From a virus (taxonomy: Duplodnaviria; Caudoviricetes): a stretch of DNA of 64,000 nucleotides. Position numbers and translations under genes: made by a program. This document shows positions 61,907-64,000 of this stretch, piece by piece. The notes under the pieces were generated by a model. That model had not been told where the DNA came from and ran no database searches. It saw only the letters and a list, made by a program, of their open reading frames with translations. Location of the stretch: the IMG/VR virus record IMGVR_UViG_3300026116_000035. The stretch is one strand, 5' to 3'. How positions within the stretch are numbered: position 1 is the first letter of the stretch; every line of letters begins with the position of its first letter.

Positions 61907-64000
61907 ATGAGTAATTTTCCTACAGTTTTAGATGATGATAATTCCATTTATCGTATTGATGATAATTTATCTGAATTAGGTGTTTTTACTATAAATCAAC
62001 TAAGATCAGCTGTTTTTGCAATTGAAGGTTATCTAGGATTAACTGGTCCTGGATCTTTATCTTCAATGTCAAGCCGTTTAGATGTATCATTAAATCCTGA
62101 CGGAACAATTAAAGCATCTGCTCTTACAAGTGTTGGTTTAGCTACTTTACCAATTGTTAATTCTCAAGTTGGAACAAATGCTGGTATTTTAGAATCTAAA
62201 CTTCATTTAGATTATGGAACATCGGATTTACATACCTTAATTCAAGCAAATTCTACATTGTTAAATTCTTTATCTGTATTTGAAGCAGCTTTAGAAGTTA
62301 AAGTTAATAGTCATATAGCTGGTGGTCCGGCTTCTAATTTAAGACATGTAGCTAGTCATATTGATATCAATGCTCATCCTACTGATTCACGAGATGGATC
62401 TTTTACTTGGGGTGGATTAATTGATAAAGATGGCTATCAATTAACCGCTACTAATGTTGCTGGCGCCTTAGATCAAATTAATACAACTTTAACTGGACAT
62501 CAAAATCAAGTACTTGACGCTCATCCTGCTTCAGCTATTTCTGTAGATACTTCTAATTTTTCAGAATTATTAGCTACTTCGGAAAATGTTCAACAAGTAC
62601 TTGAAAACATTGATGATATTGAATTATTACAATTAGGCACTCATAGAGCTACTCAACATTCAAATGGAATTCCAAAAGCCGCAAGATCGTTAAATTTGAG
62701 TTCAGCTACTACATTGGGTTCGGATGGATATAATTTAGAGGTTGTTAGTTCTACACCTTGTCAAACTTTCGTTGCCCATAATCCTCCTGGTATTGCCCCT
62801 ATAGATAATGTTTCTGTAGGAGATAGTATTATTACATTTAAGCCAGCAACAAATGTAGGGTCTGTATTTGATGCTAAATTTTCTCAAGTTAAAGTTGGCG
62901 ATATTATTAGAATAAATTATGGATCAATTGAAGATATTCGCAGGGTAGAATCAATTAGATTTACTCCAGGTTCAGAATGGGTTATTAGAATAAATGGAGT
63001 TAATTTAATTGATACTGATGGTTATACAGCTTTAGCTCGTATTGATCGTCCATTATATGATTCTAATACTAGCGGTGTATTGGCTGTAGCTGCCGCAAAC
63101 CCTGTTCCTTTGGCTAGTTTTGCGATATTAGGAAGTGTAATTATAGGCGATCCGAGAGGGGCTACTGCTCTCGGTATGAATTTTGATGTTAATAAATTTA
63201 CTTCTAAAAATTATAATTTATATTTAGAATTATATCCTACAGGAAATCCTGCTGACCATGTTATTAAATTACCTGCTGTAGATGTAACTGGTAATGCTGG
63301 AGCTACTCCTGGATTATATACTTTGGATGATATTGTTACTGCTACTAATAATGCATTTAGAGCTACAGGTTATAATTTTAGATTTATTGCTTATTCTGTA
63401 AATGGTAATTTTGGAATTATGTTAGCAGATTCTATTGATGGAGCTTCTTTTGCTATTATTAATGGGTCTAATGCTACAGGTTCATTAACTAATGGAACTT
63501 ATGTACATAATGTTATTGGCGATGCAGATGGACTTCATATTGATCCATTAGGTTTTGGATTTGAAAATGCAAATTTAGCCAGCCCTACGTATCAAGCTAG
63601 TTGGCTAGATGCTACTGCTGCTCAAATTCCTACTAAAATAATACATCCAGTTAAATCACGAAATTATATAGTTAACGGCCGTCCATTTGATAATTTTAAA
63701 CAAAAAGATTTAACTACAAATGGTTTCTGGGTTGCTGATATTGATTCAAAAAACATTACTGGTATATCTGTAGAAGTTACTTATAAAGTTAATACGGTTT
63801 TAGATACTGCAGGATTAAAACCTGGTAAAACTATTATTGTTCAGCCAGCTGTTGGATATTCGGATCCACTTTATAAAGATGTTGATTATGGTAGATTTAT
63901 TATTAAATCAGTTGTATTTAATAATTGTCACTGTGTAAATGATTACACATTAATTACAGTTATAAATGGCGTGCATGGTACTAGTAATCCATTAAGTATA
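61907..64000 (+). CDS. Large virion structural (tail/baseplate-like) protein, 3'-truncated, not in the ORF track
   Basis: ATG 61907 (AAGGTG upstream) gives MSNFPTVLDDDNSIYRIDDNLSELG...HVASHI...AHPASAI. The frame stays open for 698 codons to the window end. Three DGY motifs. Confidence 0.7.
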   Translation, partial: MSNFPTVLDDDNSIYRIDDNLSELGVFTINQLRSAVFAIEGYLGLTGPGSLSSMSSRLDVSLNPDGTIKASALTSVGLATLPIVNSQVGTNAGILESKLHLDYGTSDLHTLIQANSTLLNSLSVFEAALEVKVNSHIAGGPASNLRHVASHIDINAHPTDSRDGSFTWGGLIDKDGYQLTATNVAGALDQINTTLTGHQNQVLDAHPASAISVDTSNFSELLATSENVQQVLENIDDIELLQLGTHRATQHSNGIPKAARSLNLSSATTLGSDGYNLEVVSSTPCQTFVAHNPPGIAPIDNVSVGDSIITFKPATNVGSVFDAKFSQVKVGDIIRINYGSIEDIRRVESIRFTPGSEWVIRINGVNLIDTDGYTALARIDRPLYDSNTSGVLAVAAANPVPLASFAILGSVIIGDPRGATALGMNFDVNKFTSKNYNLYLELYPTGNPADHVIKLPAVDVTGNAGATPGLYTLDDIVTATNNAFRATGYNFRFIAYSVNGNFGIMLADSIDGASFAIINGSNATGSLTNGTYVHNVIGDADGLHIDPLGFGFENANLASPTYQASWLDATAAQIPTKIIHPVKSRNYIVNGRPFDNFKQKDLTTNGFWVADIDSKNITGISVEVTYKVNTVLDTAGLKPGKTIIVQPAVGYSDPLYKDVDYGRFIIKSVVFNNCHCVNDYTLITVINGVHGTSNPLSI

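Noticed and set aside
1-64000. Eukaryotic giant virus or mirusvirus origin (AT-rich, AT-hook, PTP, sequon-rich proteins)
   Set aside because: Shine-Dalgarno sites, ATGA/TAAATG-coupled operons, Rho-independent terminators, a bacterial Csp, a GH73-like hydrolase and a lipoprotein all indicate a bacteriophage.
1-64000. Alternative genetic code (stop-codon reassignment)
   Set aside because: Genes are long and contiguous in code 11, and TAA, TGA and TAG all terminate clear genes (for example TAG ends terL, TGA ends the MCP). The single in-frame TAA at 55522 is better explained as a nonsense mutation.
1-64000. tRNA, rRNA or tmRNA genes
   Set aside because: Intergenic gaps are short and AT-rich, and no cloverleaf or T-loop (GTTCGA-type) context was found. 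tRNAscan-SE would confirm.

Overview
A 64-kb, strongly AT-rich segment of a large (probably jumbo) tailed dsDNA bacteriophage genome. Every credible gene is on the + strand, and the window is the late (virion morphogenesis) region. 1-32.2 kb is an unusually long head module: GpA-type large terminase, portal, a 1199-aa prohead protease/scaffold, about 20 unknown probable internal-head or ejection proteins, three paralogous decoration-like proteins and an HK97-type major capsid protein. Embedded in it are a CCA-adding-family nucleotidyltransferase, a cysteine-based (PTP/DSP) phosphatase, a GH73-like peptidoglycan hydrolase and an AT-hook protein. 32.4-47.5 kb holds an HNH homing endonuclease, structural unknowns and two giant paralogous, nearly lysine-free Ser/Thr/Asn/Gly repeat fibres. 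These are followed by a glycosyltransferase, a GIY-YIG endonuclease, a SAM methyltransferase, an IscS-like desulfurase, a cold-shock protein and a myxobacterial-style fibro-slime lipoprotein. 54.4-64 kb has a head-tail adaptor-like gene, an island of seven small genes (one broken) that all end in the same 9-residue C-terminal tag, a zincin, a neck-like protein with a LAGLIDADG intein, a holin-like gene and a long 3'-truncated structural gene. No tRNA, rRNA, CRISPR array, integrase, tail sheath/tube or tape-measure gene was recognised. The strongest novelty candidates are the ExIIxxII(E/D/N)-COOH tagged gene array, a K-x-A head-maturation motif system with possible enzyme cargo, the fibre plus glycosyltransferase/methyltransferase locus, and a DGY motif enriched in neck/tail proteins. 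All family assignments come from motif recognition by eye; no database search was run.
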